DNA from: a phage
Sequence record: PZ347775.1
Length of the DNA: 64,000 bases
Direction: 5' to 3' (one strand)
Made by a program: the position numbers and the translations under genes. The notes under the pieces are model-generated. The model was not told the DNA's origin and ran no database searches. It was given only the letters and a program-made list of their open reading frames with translations. Below, one piece after another: positions 1 through 10,842 of the stretch (position 1 is its first letter; the number at the start of each line of letters is the position of its first letter).

Positions 1-845
1 AATTAGTAAATGCGAATTTCTTGTACAAATCTAAATAATCAAGAATAGATACGCCATCAATAGAATAAATTTCTTTGCTACCGTACATATTTTGAATTAG
101 TTTAGATTTTACTCGACCGATTGGAGAGAAGCGTTTCATACTGCGTTCGCCCAGAACCATTTTAACACGATTCATGATATACGGAACGTCAAATCCCTCA
201 ATATTCCAACCAGTAAAAATAGCAGGTCGTTTCTGTTCCCAGAGATTAATATATTCCATGAGCATATCACGCTCATTATCAAATGGCATATAAATTACTC
301 GGTCAAGAATTTCTTGAGGAACTTCATCACCACCTTCACAGTCAAGTTTAGCAGCTAACTTTGCATCCCATTTTGATACTGAACCGTACATTGAATTCAA
401 CAAATCAAAGACGTAAAAACGGTCGTCAATTGAATCATAATGAGTGATAGCATCAATTTCATATTCTGCTTTCATTGGGTCAGGAAATTTATCGCCAGTA
501 ACCTCAATGTCACAGTTAGCTACACGAACAAATTTTCGGTCATAAACAATTTCTGAACCATATGTATCACTGATATAAGCGAGTTTAAAATCGTTCATAC
601 CGAGAGCTTCGAGACCGATGTCTTCCATTCGTTTCATCCAATCTCGGGCATCTTTCATTGATGGAAATTTTTGAGGAGCACAGTTTTTACCATAAATGTC
701 TTTGTATTTTGACTCTTCCTTACAATGCCTAAACATAGTCGGAAGATATTCTACTTCGCGAGTACGTTCCTTTCCGTTTTCATCAATATAACGTTCAACA
801 ATGCTATTTCCGACTGTTTCAATAGAGATATAAAATTCTTTCATA
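1..845 (-). CDS. 43: DNA polymerase gp43, N-terminal ~281 codons (gene continues past window start)
   Basis: Hand translation of minus strand from ATG at 843-845 gives MKEFYISIETVGNSIVERYIDENGKERTREVEYLPTMF..., matching the T4 family-B polymerase N-terminus as I recall it; absent from ORF track because truncated at the edge. Confidence 0.9.
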
Positions 846-902
846 GATATTCCTTAGTTTATAGCCCGAGTTATTAGGCTCTTGATATATTATACTCCAA
901 AT

Positions 903-920
903 AAGGGGCCGAAGCCCCTT
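903..920 (-). terminator. UUCG-tetraloop hairpin (GGGGC-UUCG-GCCCC on minus-strand RNA)
   Basis: Perfect inverted repeat between regA-side ORF and gene 43. Confidence 0.5.
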
Positions 921-922
921 GC

Positions 923-1144
923 TTAAATTAATACCATTTGTCGGTGAAAAATTGTCAATCCATCTGCATTAATTGACTTAACCACTGCGGTAAAGTGTTT
1001 TTGTTCTGGGTGAACTAATTTTTGAAATTCTACCTGAAATTTTAGTTGGAGATTTTCTGGTAAATCAAAAAGTGTTTCTGTTGCAGAAAGATTATATTTT
1101 TCTTTAAGAGACGCCATGTATTCTTGCGGGGTTATAGCAGTCAT
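923..1144 (-). CDS. hypothetical small protein between regA and 43 (ORF track 923..1186; likely start at internal ATG 1142-1144)
   Basis: ATG sits directly after regA stop (TAATATG); no recognisable motif. Confidence 0.3.
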   Translation of the reverse strand: MTAITPQEYMASLKEKYNLSATETLFDLPENLQLKFQVEFQKLVHPEQKHFTAVVKSINADGLTIFHRQMVLI

Positions 1145-1145
1145 A

Positions 1146-1514
1146 TTAATTACCAATCGTATATTTTGGAACGAGTTTCCATTCATGTTTTTGTTTAAAA
1201 GAAATAACTCGGAAGTTATTGGTTAAATCTTTCATAAAAGTTCTTTGACCAGGAACGATTTCAATCAGCCCCCAATCTTCTAACAGCCATGCAATCGAAT
1301 CACGACGAACTTCATCTTCTTCTGTCATTTCAACCTGGCGACCATCCATACGAAGCATTTCTTTAAAATGAACGATATAGTATAGTCCTTTTTTCTGAAG
1401 AATATGACAGGACTGATACAGAACTTTATCTTTATTATTAGCAATTCCCATACGAGTCAGAGTTTCTTTAACTTTCAGAAAATCTTCAGGTTTTTTAAGA
1501 GTAATTTCAATCAT
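1146..1514 (-). CDS. regA: translational repressor RegA
   Basis: 122 aa, MIEITLKKPEDFLKVKETLTRMGIANN... matches T4 RegA from memory; conserved position upstream of 43. Confidence 0.9.
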   Translation of the reverse strand: MIEITLKKPEDFLKVKETLTRMGIANNKDKVLYQSCHILQKKGLYYIVHFKEMLRMDGRQVEMTEEDEVRRDSIAWLLEDWGLIEIVPGQRTFMKDLTNNFRVISFKQKHEWKLVPKYTIGN

Positions 1515-1515
1515 T

Positions 1516-2079
1516 TTACCATTCCAATGCTAGTTTTTTGAGTTGTTTCTGTTCTTTTACGTTCTTAGTCACTTCTTTCAAAAAATCATCCGTGACTAAA
1601 CCTTTTAGTTCTTTTAATACTAAAGGAAGTTTTCCATTTTTAGTAAGAATTGATTTATAGTTAATTGCATCATTTGTATTAACTTGATACCGCTTAGCAA
1701 GTAACTTAATAATCAATACTTCAGTAGAATCTTCGACCAGTTTTGCCCATTTACCATATCTTTTACCCCGAGGAACAGCAGCCATCAGGTAATTAAAATG
1801 GGCTTCATCGCTTAAACCTGATCCAATTAAATTCATAGCATATACAGCTGGCATGCATTCAGGAAATTGTGATAATGCATTCTCAACCATGTATTTTGAA
1901 TAATCTTTTTGAGCAATAGAGCATTTAGTTTTATTATTAATAGCTCCAATTATTTCAAAAAATTCATTTTCAGCTTTTTCTTTAAAAGAATCAGCAGCAG
2001 ATTGGACAGCTGTCCAATCTTTTGAATACCAAGCAACTTGATGCTCGTTTAATTGAATATCATCTTCAAATAAGCTCAT
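1516..2079 (-). CDS. 62: clamp loader small subunit gp62
   Basis: 187 aa, same length and position as T4 gp62, stop/start abuts gene 44. Confidence 0.88.
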   Translation of the reverse strand: MSLFEDDIQLNEHQVAWYSKDWTAVQSAADSFKEKAENEFFEIIGAINNKTKCSIAQKDYSKYMVENALSQFPECMPAVYAMNLIGSGLSDEAHFNYLMAAVPRGKRYGKWAKLVEDSTEVLIIKLLAKRYQVNTNDAINYKSILTKNGKLPLVLKELKGLVTDDFLKEVTKNVKEQKQLKKLALEW

Positions 2080-2080
2080 A

Positions 2081-3040
2081 TCACTTCCACTGCATTTCGC
2101 ATGCTAATTGAATGAAAAGATATGCTAAATGTAATTCCGTATTAGCCGCAATTCCATGATACTGGTTATTTTCACCAACAATTTCATACATACGAATAAT
2201 ACTTTGCGGAGTTACGCGTGTATAGATTTCTTCGGCAAGTTTACCTACGAACCACGAATAATCAGCTGCATATTTTGGTGCTAAAGCTCTGAGTTGTTTA
2301 ACATCTTTATTTTTGAGAGACTCAAGAACATCATCAATAGCACCACGATCGTTAGTAACCAGTGATAAAATACCAGCATCCAAAACACCTTTAGATGAAT
2401 AACTATCGAGCTCACCAATAGTTTTACGAAAATCAGGAAAATTCTTTTTAACCAAAGCTGCTACAACTTTCATATCAGCTATAGCAATTCCTTCATGCTT
2501 ACAGATTTCAGTCAATCGACGAATCATCTGCTTCATCATTTCAATTTTATCTTCATCGGTCGGTTGACCGAACGTAATAACTCGGCAGCGTGACTGAAGC
2601 GGTTTAATAATACCATCAATATTGTTAGCAGTAATAATAATACTACAGTTTGAACTATAAGCTTCCATAAAGGAACGAAGATGTCGCTGAGACTCTGCTA
2701 ATCCTGAACGGTCAAATTCATCAATAACAATTACTTTTTGACGACCATCAAATGAAGCTGCACTAGCAAAATTAGTCAAAGGACCGCGAACGAAATCAAT
2801 TTTACAATCTGACCCATTCACAAACATCATATCAGCATTTACGTCATGACACAATGCTTTCGCTACGGTTGTTTTACCTGTTCCCGGAGAAGGAGAATGA
2901 AGAATAATATGTGGAATCTTACCTTTACTTGTAATAGATTTAAAGGTTTCTTTATCAAAGGCGGGAAGAATACATTCATCGATAGTAGATGGACGATATT
3001 TCTGTTCAAGAATGTGTTCTTTTTCATTTACAGTAATCAT
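2081..3040 (-). CDS. 44: clamp loader ATPase gp44 (ORF track extends to 3055; likely start MITVNEKEH at 3040)
   Basis: Walker [11 protein letters not shown], Walker [12 protein letters not shown] motif (LQSRCRV); matches T4 gp44. Confidence 0.92.
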   Translation of the reverse strand: MITVNEKEHILEQKYRPSTIDECILPAFDKETFKSITSKGKIPHIILHSPSPGTGKTTVAKALCHDVNADMMFVNGSDCKIDFVRGPLTNFASAASFDGRQKVIVIDEFDRSGLAESQRHLRSFMEAYSSNCSIIITANNIDGIIKPLQSRCRVITFGQPTDEDKIEMMKQMIRRLTEICKHEGIAIADMKVVAALVKKNFPDFRKTIGELDSYSSKGVLDAGILSLVTNDRGAIDDVLESLKNKDVKQLRALAPKYAADYSWFVGKLAEEIYTRVTPQSIIRMYEIVGENNQYHGIAANTELHLAYLFIQLACEMQWK

Positions 3041-3070
3041 AATTTCCTCATTCAAGTTTAGTGTAAATTA

Positions 3071-3090
3071 TAAAGGGCCGAAGCCCTTTA
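3071..3090 (-). terminator. UUCG-tetraloop hairpin after gene 45
   Basis: taaagggccgaagcccttta immediately 3' of the gene 45 stop. Confidence 0.5.
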
Positions 3091-3777
3091 TTAAAAGTCG
3101 TGGGTAGAATCAGCTTCAAGAGCTACTACATAATTCGCATGTTCACCTTCAAATTTAGCAGCGCCTTGTTTACCTTTTGCCCAGAGAAGAAGTTTATAAT
3201 TTCCTGGTTGCATTTTCATATTTGCCATATTGATAATGAAATTAAATGTATTTTCACCATCATAATCACCAAGAGTCAAAGAATATTTAACACGGGTCAA
3301 AGCAGAATCTTCTACTTTGTTAAAACCGTTAATTACAATTTTACCTTCTTTTACTGTGATAGCAATTGTATCAATCTGCAGACCGCGAGATACACGCAAC
3401 AGCTGTTGAAGGTCTTCAGCTTTAATTTCAGTAACAACAGATGCTACCGGGAATGGAATTGGTTTATTAGGAGCAACTACTGTACTCGGATCGGCTGCTG
3501 GCCAAAAAATTGTTGAACGAGCATCAGCAATTTTAATATTACCATCTTCTGACTGGGAAATTTCTGCATCATCATTAACTAGAGACAGAATACCGAGAAA
3601 ACCGTTCAAATCGTAAATCGCTACATCAAAATCAATAGTGTCAGAAATATTTGCTTCTGCATAAGTTGTACCATTAACCGCGCGAGTCATAATAAATTGA
3701 CCGGATTTAAGCATAATACCAGAGTTAATAGTAGCGAAATTTTTAAGCAGAGCAGTAGTATCTTTAGACAGTTTCAT
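3091..3777 (-). CDS. 45: sliding clamp gp45
   Basis: 228 aa, same length and position as T4 gp45. Confidence 0.92.
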   Translation of the reverse strand: MKLSKDTTALLKNFATINSGIMLKSGQFIMTRAVNGTTYAEANISDTIDFDVAIYDLNGFLGILSLVNDDAEISQSEDGNIKIADARSTIFWPAADPSTVVAPNKPIPFPVASVVTEIKAEDLQQLLRVSRGLQIDTIAITVKEGKIVINGFNKVEDSALTRVKYSLTLGDYDGENTFNFIINMANMKMQPGNYKLLLWAKGKQGAAKFEGEHANYVVALEADSTHDF

Positions 3778-3799
3778 GTAATTTCCTTCAATTCAAATG

Positions 3800-3835
3800 A
3801 GATTTAATTTTATAACTAATTTAATAAAGCAATTA
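3800..3835 (-). promoter_or_regulatory. putative MotA-dependent middle promoter for gene 45
   Basis: Minus-strand aTTGCTTTA (MotA-box-like) followed ~10 nt later by TATAAAAT. Confidence 0.4.
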
Positions 3836-4222
3836 ACGATTAAAATCAGCAGCAATTGTTTCCGCAACAATTTGAGCAGCAACAATTAGACGTTCATCTG
3901 CATTACCACAATAATCGTCTTCAAGGCGTTCACCACATGAAGTCATAATAAATTTGGCACCAGCGTTTAGAGATTCTGCCGTATGTTTGCGCATCAGTTC
4001 AATCCATTTATCACTCACTTCACGATCGATAGCTTCATAATACGCATGACGAGCAGGTGCAGATTTAATTTTATTCTGAATAACTTCCATTGCGTTATCA
4101 GAAAGAGACAAAACCCATGCTCGACGAATTTTATTTTGGTTTTGCGGATTTGATTCAGAACGCACGTGTTTTGGCTGAATATCTTTTACATCAACAGTAT
4201 AATTCACAGTAATTTTAGTCAT
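3833..4222 (-). CDS. rpbA: RNA polymerase-binding protein RpbA
   Basis: 129 aa, position between 45 and 46 as in T4. Confidence 0.75.
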   Translation of the reverse strand: MTKITVNYTVDVKDIQPKHVRSESNPQNQNKIRRAWVLSLSDNAMEVIQNKIKSAPARHAYYEAIDREVSDKWIELMRKHTAESLNAGAKFIMTSCGERLEDDYCGNADERLIVAAQIVAETIAADFNR

Positions 4223-4231
4223 AATACACCT

Positions 4232-4420
4232 TTAGTCATAATAATCAGTAACAGTCCAAGCTTCATTTCTGTTGGACATTATTTTCGTATATTCTGATTT
4301 AAATGCATTCTTAAGCATAGATTCAGTAACTATATGCTCTTCATTAGAAAAATTATTTCTCAGAATATATCGTTTTATTTCAGGAATAGTTAATAGATGC
4401 TGTCCAGTTGAATATTCCAT
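4232..4420 (-). CDS. hypothetical small protein (T4 45.2 position)
   Basis: 62 aa ORF, tightly packed in operon. Confidence 0.55.
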   Translation of the reverse strand: MEYSTGQHLLTIPEIKRYILRNNFSNEEHIVTESMLKNAFKSEYTKIMSNRNEAWTVTDYYD

Positions 4421-4475
4421 GTTTTTCCTCCATAGAGATTATACTCTAATAAATTAAAGCATAATCTCTTATAAA

Positions 4476-6158
4476 TTAAACCATTACAGTAAACCGACCA
4501 ACTTTCTTCATTTGAAGATGCTGACCATATTCTTGCGGGTCGTGGTCTTTATGCGAAATTATAAAAACATTAGTATTTTTCATTGAATTTATAATATTAG
4601 CTACACCTTTAATACCTTCAGCATCAAATGACCCATCAAACACTTCATCAAGAATTAATGTACTAATACTAACACCAGATACGATAGAAGCAATATCACG
4701 CCAAGTAAATAAAAGAGCAATATCGATTCGTGCTTTTTCACCTTCACTAAATGAAGCATAACTAAAATCTTCACGACCACGGGATTTAATTGTCTCATTA
4801 AATTCTTCATCTAATGTAAACACATAATCCGCTTCCATTATTTTAAGATAATGGTTAATTTGCTTATTAAATAATGGAATGTACTTTTTAATAATAGCAC
4901 CTTTAATACCAGAATCTTTGAGCATGTCAGTCAAAATTCCTCTGTGGTATTTTTCCATTACTAAATTAGTTTTTGTCTTAACAATTTTATCAAGTTCTTC
5001 TTGAAGCAGTGCTATTTCATCAGCATGGTCAATAAACTCGGATGATGCTTTTTCTATAGCTGCTTTAACTTTTTTAGCTTTATCTACAGTCGTGATTAGA
5101 GATTGCTTTTTATTGCGAATATCATTTGCCAACGTCTGCTGGGTTTTAATATTATCTCGGTATTCATCAACAAGAACTTTTAAATTATCACGATGTGTTG
5201 AAAGCTGTTCAAACGAATGCGTGCATTCAGAAACTTTATCTTTAATTTTAGAAACAACTTTATCACCGGAACTTAATTGTGACAAACAGGTTGGACATAA
5301 TCCACCTTCGTGATACATATTAATGACTTTATTATACGAGTCAATTTTTGATTTAATTAAAAATGCTTCTTGACCGATTTTATTAAATGCATCAGTCGGG
5401 TCTTCATCCAAAACAATATTAACTAATCTTTCATTAGCTTCTTCTATTTCCGATTTTAACGTTCTAGCTTCTTTTGCCAAATCATCATACATGTTCTGCA
5501 GACGAGTAAGGTTATCACCAGTTAATTTTTTCTGGCGTTCAACGTTATCATTATATATTTTAATTTGTTGGATAATACTATCTTTTTTAACATCAAGCAC
5601 TTGGTTTTGTGAATTTAATTCACGTATTAGTGCTTTATTAAGCTTATCCATTTCAGCTAATGTTCCTACCTCGAGCAGGTCTTCCACAAGCTTTCTTCGC
5701 GCAGGGGTCGACAAACCCATGAAAGGGGTATACCCTGCTGTACCAAGGACAACAATCTGCTTGAAACTGGCATATGACATTCCGATAAGCTGTTCAAATT
5801 CTGCTTGGAAATCTTTACTGCTGGCAGATTCATTAAGACGTGTACCGTTAACGGTGATTTCGAAAACGTTTGGTTTTTGTCCTCTTTTGATATAGTACTT
5901 TTTCTCATCATATTCCATCCACAGTTCAACTAAAAGTTCTTTCTTATTTGTGCTGTTTATTAATTGACCTTTCTTTACATCACGAAATGGCTTGCCAAAA
6001 AGCCCAAATGTGATGGCTTCTAACATAGTAGACTTACCGCCGCCATTTCGCCCAGTAATAAGAGTTTTTTGAACCTTATCTAGTTGAATGTCAATAGGAT
6101 TTCCACCTACTGACATTATATTTTGATACCTAACTCGGTTTAGTTTAAAATTCTTCAC
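4476..6158 (-). CDS. 46: recombination nuclease ATPase subunit gp46 (Rad50/SbcC-like)
   Basis: 560 aa; N-terminal Walker A GRNGGGKST, long central coiled coil with CPTC zinc hook, C-terminal signature/Walker B (LILDEVFDGS). Confidence 0.92.
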   Translation of the reverse strand: MKNFKLNRVRYQNIMSVGGNPIDIQLDKVQKTLITGRNGGGKSTMLEAITFGLFGKPFRDVKKGQLINSTNKKELLVELWMEYDEKKYYIKRGQKPNVFEITVNGTRLNESASSKDFQAEFEQLIGMSYASFKQIVVLGTAGYTPFMGLSTPARRKLVEDLLEVGTLAEMDKLNKALIRELNSQNQVLDVKKDSIIQQIKIYNDNVERQKKLTGDNLTRLQNMYDDLAKEARTLKSEIEEANERLVNIVLDEDPTDAFNKIGQEAFLIKSKIDSYNKVINMYHEGGLCPTCLSQLSSGDKVVSKIKDKVSECTHSFEQLSTHRDNLKVLVDEYRDNIKTQQTLANDIRNKKQSLITTVDKAKKVKAAIEKASSEFIDHADEIALLQEELDKIVKTKTNLVMEKYHRGILTDMLKDSGIKGAIIKKYIPLFNKQINHYLKIMEADYVFTLDEEFNETIKSRGREDFSYASFSEGEKARIDIALLFTWRDIASIVSGVSISTLILDEVFDGSFDAEGIKGVANIINSMKNTNVFIISHKDHDPQEYGQHLQMKKVGRFTVMV

Positions 6159-6370
6159 AAAAGATTCCTTTTAATGTATCTTTTAGACCATTCTATCATA
6201 TCATCATAATCTAAAAAGTATTCATCAAATTCAGCCATGCAAACAACACCTTGTGCTGCTTTTGATGTGATATAAATTATTCCAACATATCTAGAATCTT
6301 CTTCGGTGTATTCAATATTTGCTATGAATTCATCGTTAATGTCAAATGTCGAAAACTTCACAGTATGCAT
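6155..6370 (-). CDS. hypothetical small protein (46.1 position; likely starts at internal Met of ORF 6155..6418)
   Basis: ORF track; overlaps next ORF unless internal start is used. Confidence 0.45.
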   Translation of the reverse strand: MHTVKFSTFDINDEFIANIEYTEEDSRYVGIIYITSKAAQGVVCMAEFDEYFLDYDDMIEWSKRYIKRNLL

Positions 6371-6605
6371 CCTTAATACAAGATACAGCCATATCTTGTA
6401 ATGATTTAGGTGTGTCATTATCTAAAATGTTGAAGTTAAAAGATACTGCCCAGTCAGTGCAGACCGTGACCTTTTTAATACAATTATCTTCAACCTCTAG
6501 TGGTTCAAACCAATATTCAATAATTTCTTTATGCCCAATATCATCTTTTACTTCGCATTCAAAATGCTGACTCATCATAACATTTTTAAATTCATCAAAA
6601 GTCAT
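6342..6605 (-). CDS. hypothetical small protein (46.2 position)
   Basis: 87 aa ORF whose start overlaps gene 47 stop. Confidence 0.5.
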   Translation of the reverse strand: MTFDEFKNVMMSQHFECEVKDDIGHKEIIEYWFEPLEVEDNCIKKVTVCTDWAVSFNFNILDNDTPKSLQDMAVSCIKDAYCEVFDI

Positions 6606-7621
6606 TGTGTTGCCTCTACATATAACTGATTTGCATATTGAATAAGTGCTTCGCGGTCAGAATCAGTGATGTCTGGAATTGCATTAATGTATTCTTCCAT
6701 CAACGTCTGAAGAGATTGAACTTCAACTTCTTCACTATCATCTGACTCGACAGAGTTATCAATCTTTGACACAACTCGTAATGAATGCACAACTTTTTCT
6801 AGTTCAGATTCGAACTTCGTCAGATTTTTGTCTACCTCAGTTACTATAACACGTACTGATAGATTTGTAAAATCTTTATAGTCAATTTTTCCCTTAAATG
6901 GATATTGAATTCGACGATGCCAGGTAGTGTTGTTTGGAATAAATTCCATTCGTTCTGTTTCTGTATCAAACACCCAGAACCCACGAGGGTCATTCTCGTC
7001 ACCTGCAGTTAGTGTCCATGGTGTCCCAATATATCTGACGTTAGCAGCCTCAGAGATAGTATGGAAGTGACCAGACCACACTTCTTTATAAGTCTTAAGG
7101 AAATCAGGTTCAAGACCGTGAGATTTCATTCCTTTATAAAAATAAAATCCATTCAGTTCCCAGTGACCAACACAAAAAGAAGCAGATGAAGTTTTGATAT
7201 GTTCAAGAATTTCACCAGTATTTTCTTCGCACATCCAAGGAATTAAATCAATCAAACATCCGTCAAAATCTACTGTAGTAGGCTTATCATATACTTTAAC
7301 ATTAGGATATTTAGCCAAAAGCTCAGTAGAAGCATTTGGAGTTAAAGTATTTTTAAAGTGCATATCATGGTTTCCTACAACAGTATGCAGGGTAATACCA
7401 GCATCATCAAGCATTTGAACTATTTCACGAGCGAACTCCATAGTTTTATGCGTGATTGCTTTTCGCACATCAAAAATATCGCCGTATTGAATCCATGTAG
7501 TAATTCCATTTTTCTTAGAATATTCTATTGCTTGTTTAATTCCATCCAACTGAATGGATTGAATCCACTCATCATCGGCTTTAACACCTAAATGCCAATC
7601 ACCTAAATTTAAAATTTTCAT
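6602..7621 (-). CDS. 47: recombination nuclease subunit gp47 (Mre11/SbcD-like phosphoesterase)
   Basis: 339 aa; calcineurin-like motifs (LGDWHLG, GDIFD, GNHD, GHWE, GHFH). Confidence 0.92.
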   Translation of the reverse strand: MKILNLGDWHLGVKADDEWIQSIQLDGIKQAIEYSKKNGITTWIQYGDIFDVRKAITHKTMEFAREIVQMLDDAGITLHTVVGNHDMHFKNTLTPNASTELLAKYPNVKVYDKPTTVDFDGCLIDLIPWMCEENTGEILEHIKTSSASFCVGHWELNGFYFYKGMKSHGLEPDFLKTYKEVWSGHFHTISEAANVRYIGTPWTLTAGDENDPRGFWVFDTETERMEFIPNNTTWHRRIQYPFKGKIDYKDFTNLSVRVIVTEVDKNLTKFESELEKVVHSLRVVSKIDNSVESDDSEEVEVQSLQTLMEEYINAIPDITDSDREALIQYANQLYVEATQ

Positions 7622-7780
7622 ATATCAAGAACCGTCATTGAAATGCAAAATAAAATTATTGAAATAAATCCATCTGGAGTGCTAAAGAACCCAATCCAAC
7701 ACGCTCTAGTGAATAGATAAAACGCTAGAAAAAGTATCACATATCCAAGAAATATCATTATATCAAACTCCGTATAAAGC

Positions 7781-7800
7781 TAAAGGGCCGAAGCCCTTTA
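7781..7800 (-). terminator. UUCG-tetraloop hairpin at 3' end of a-gt
   Basis: Same 20-nt sequence as at 3071-3090. Confidence 0.5.
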
Positions 7801-9000
7801 TTTTGTAATAATGTCAAACTGTTCTTTAAAGCAGAAGCTTGAATCTTGATGCTGATACAAAAATTCATAAGCTTTTTCGCGTTCACGGTCATAAAGAGCT
7901 CGGTCAGATGACAGTTCTTTAATACGCTCAAATGTTGATTCCATGTCATTTTCATCAAACCAAACGATACCGCTATCATGAGAAATTAACGGAGTATTAT
8001 CAACACGGAATTTTAAATTTTCACCAGTAGATTTCCAAAATACTGGAATTGTTCCGCATGCACCAAGCTCGAGATGAGTGTATTCTAAAGAACGTTGTAG
8101 ATATTTTTTATCTAATTTACTCAGCTGATAACCAAATCCGGATTTACTCATACGTTCAAGCATTTCGCTATTTACATAACGGTCGAGAATTTGCGTTGGC
8201 AAATTAGGAGCAATTTTAATTTGGTCTACCTGATGAAGACGATAATACTCATATGGAATTCCTTTTTCTTTAATAGGAATGAACGCTGGAGAACGTTCCA
8301 GACCTTCCATAATAGTACTCAATCCCGCAGGTTTAAGATGTTTTTCATGAAAATCAAACATCTGATAAAAGCCTTTCCATGTAGTAGTACGACCAATCCA
8401 ACGGTTGATATTCATGTTAATTTCAGAAACATCTTTCCAGTAGGTTGATCGAACCTTCGCAATATCCATAGGAGGCTGAAAGTTATATACGGTCGGTGCT
8501 TCTTCAATATCATCAAACAGAGAAACTGTTTCTGGATACCATTCTTTCATCAGAACTTTATTAAAATCACCATTATCAGAATGACTAAAAATAACATCAG
8601 CTCGACGAACAGTTTCTTCTAATCCCAAATTTCGGCGCAAAGAAAGAGAAGAATGGTCATGTTGATAAACTACAACACGAACCGAAGGTTTAATGTTATC
8701 AATAATTTTTTTATAGTTATTAATAGTGTCTTCTTCGACTGAAGTAGCAGGAACTGAATTGATAACTAGAATATCACAATCATTTACCAGCTTAAGTGTT
8801 TTATCGTATTCTTTTGCCAATAAAACCGGAATTGAAAATGATTTATAATCATGCGCGCAATTACGGGTAAATGATTTATCTTTAGCATAAACCAAAGTTA
8901 CTTCATGACCATTTTTAATAAACCAATCACGCTGCTCAAGAGAAAATTTAGTTACACCACAACCTTCAAGACCTCGAGCCATAAAAATGCATACTTTCAT
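7798..9000 (-). CDS. a-gt: DNA alpha-glucosyltransferase
   Basis: 400 aa, same length and position (after 47) as T4 alpha-gt. Confidence 0.85.
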   Translation of the reverse strand: MKVCIFMARGLEGCGVTKFSLEQRDWFIKNGHEVTLVYAKDKSFTRNCAHDYKSFSIPVLLAKEYDKTLKLVNDCDILVINSVPATSVEEDTINNYKKIIDNIKPSVRVVVYQHDHSSLSLRRNLGLEETVRRADVIFSHSDNGDFNKVLMKEWYPETVSLFDDIEEAPTVYNFQPPMDIAKVRSTYWKDVSEINMNINRWIGRTTTWKGFYQMFDFHEKHLKPAGLSTIMEGLERSPAFIPIKEKGIPYEYYRLHQVDQIKIAPNLPTQILDRYVNSEMLERMSKSGFGYQLSKLDKKYLQRSLEYTHLELGACGTIPVFWKSTGENLKFRVDNTPLISHDSGIVWFDENDMESTFERIKELSSDRALYDREREKAYEFLYQHQDSSFCFKEQFDIITK

Positions 9001-9050
9001 TTAATATCCTCATTGTTTTGGTTTATTTTACCAAAAATTTATAAAGCAAT

Positions 9051-9070
9051 ATAGGAGCCGAAGCTCCTAT
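9051..9070 (-). terminator. UUCG-tetraloop hairpin
   Basis: ataggagccgaagctcctat. Confidence 0.45.
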
Positions 9071-9243
9071 CCGCATAATACACCATACAGAGGCTCATTA
9101 GAGCTTCTAAATTTTATACGTTTATGTGTTATAGTTCCTTCTGCTTTAGCTTTATCATGAGACTCTTTAAAGCGCCTCATCATTTCTACTTTAGAGGAAC
9201 GAATTTTATTATAATCTATTTCAGAAGTCTGGGTGTTCATCTT

Positions 9244-9450
9244 TCACAGTTGCCACCATTTTTTGACTTGATAAGAATCAACCCACACTTTCATATTAGG
9301 GTCTGCTCTTACAATAGGAGGATTAACTTCTTTAATTGAACTATCATGGTATTCTTTTTCAGAAATTTTCACACAAAGATGACCATTCAAAGATTCAGTA
9401 AATCCTGCATTAATTTTAAGACGCTTGAATTTTACGCGTGTAAGCATCAA
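9244..9450 (-). CDS. hypothetical small protein
   Basis: ORF track, same strand, tight packing. Confidence 0.4.
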   Translation of the reverse strand: MMLTRVKFKRLKINAGFTESLNGHLCVKISEKEYHDSSIKEVNPPIVRADPNMKVWVDSYQVKKWWQL

Positions 9451-9733
9451 TCATATCCTCAATCTGCGATCTAGTAGTCTTCCAAAGAATACTAATGAGT
9501 TCATCGTTATATGGCTGTTTTAGAATATCCCGACTTTTCTTGATAGCATATTCGTATTGAGCAAAATTATTGTTTTCAGCTGCAATCTGAGCGTGCTTAT
9601 AAAGACGGTTCAGTTCGCGTTTGTTTTTAGACAATAACTTATTTGCTTTTCTTTCTGCTTCAAGACGGTTCTTTTCTTCAATAGAAGAAATAAGCTTTTC
9701 CACTTCATCATTAATTTCGGGTTTATCAGTCAT
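9416..9733 (-). CDS. hypothetical protein, charged/helical
   Basis: 105 aa ORF. Confidence 0.5.
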   Translation of the reverse strand: MTDKPEINDEVEKLISSIEEKNRLEAERKANKLLSKNKRELNRLYKHAQIAAENNNFAQYEYAIKKSRDILKQPYNDELISILWKTTRSQIEDMIDAYTRKIQAS

Positions 9734-9734
9734 A

Positions 9735-9953
9735 TTATTTCTCTAATATAAAATAAAAATCATCATCTGTTAAATGATACCGATAGTTTAATTCTACACC
9801 ATTAGATTTAAAAGCGGTATCATACGGATTTTCTGGATCAATATCAATGTCAAGAGCTAAAACTTCCCTGAGATACATTTTAAGTAAATAGGGAATAGCT
9901 TCAACTTCAGGTATTTCTTCCAAGAATCCGGAGAGGTTAATCGTTAGCCTCAT
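9735..9953 (-). CDS. hypothetical small protein
   Basis: 72 aa ORF whose start overlaps gene 55 stop. Confidence 0.5.
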
Positions 9954-10494
9954 ATAAAAAATCCAAACTAGGAGAATCGTCTACAACACTTTTCTTTTCA
10001 GCCCCCGGTGTTCTATAGGTTGATTCTTCGTAATGCGTCATTTTATCGTAGATGTCTTGAATAAAAGTTTCATCTACTAACGCAACCATATCGTCGTCAC
10101 GACTGTCATAGACATTGTGAACGAAGTAACTGTATTTCTTTGCAACTTCCTTACGTTCTTTTTTAATACGTTGGACGAATGCATTAAAACAAGCTTGAGT
10201 TATATATGCATGTGGGTTTTTATATTTCGTTTCATCAAAATTATGAAGCCCCTTAATAGAAGCTTCTATACCATCTGCAATCATTTCTTGTTTCCAGGAT
10301 TGGGTGTATCCTGAAAAGTTGAAACGTTTAGATAAGCCTTCTGCGATAAGCATAATGGCTAATCCGATAGTATCATTCTGACGAACTACTTTATTTGGGT
10401 CTTTATTATTTGCTAATTCTGTTTTCCAATCAATAATAGCTTGTAAAAGCTCTTTATTGTTTACGTAATTATATTTAGGCTTAGTTTCTGACAT
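9937..10494 (-). CDS. 55: late-transcription sigma factor gp55 (ORF track to 10500; likely start [11 protein letters not shown])
   Basis: Sequence matches T4 gp55 from memory. Confidence 0.88.
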
Positions 10495-10572
10495 TTTCAC
10501 CTCTTAGCTCAATTCATAGATCTATTATATCATAATATTTGAAGATCTATCTTAAAGCATAGAGGATATCAG

Positions 10573-10842
10573 TTATCTAAGTAAGCAGTATGCTTGGAAC
10601 ACTTTTTCCATCATCTTTTTAAATTCATGAATATCTATATAATGACTAGTTAAATCAGCATGATATAAAAAGTCTAAAAACTTTTCATGTGTGCTAGCAT
10701 ATTCACTTTCATTTAATTCAGAAACATGGCTTTCCCAATATCCAACACCAGTCTTATTTGGGAAAAATGAAATTTTCATGTATTGATCAACATAGAAAAT
10801 GCCATAATTTTCAATAGTGATAGAAATATTAATAAATTTCAT
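10573..10842 (-). CDS. hypothetical protein
   Basis: 89 aa ORF. Confidence 0.45.
   Translation of the reverse strand: MKFINISITIENYGIFYVDQYMKISFFPNKTGVGYWESHVSELNESEYASTHEKFLDFLYHADLTSHYIDIHEFKKMMEKVFQAYCLLR

Noticed and set aside
2846-3516. Plus-strand ORFs 2846..3061 and 3100..3516 inside or antisense to genes 44 and 45
   Set aside because: Antisense to strongly supported minus-strand genes, low-complexity Phe/Ile/Asn-rich translations typical of AT-rich shadow frames
5092-5929. ORFs 5092..5313 (+), 5491..5895 (+) and 5666..5929 (-) within gene 46
   Set aside because: Nested in or antisense to the 560-aa gp46 frame; no start context or motif
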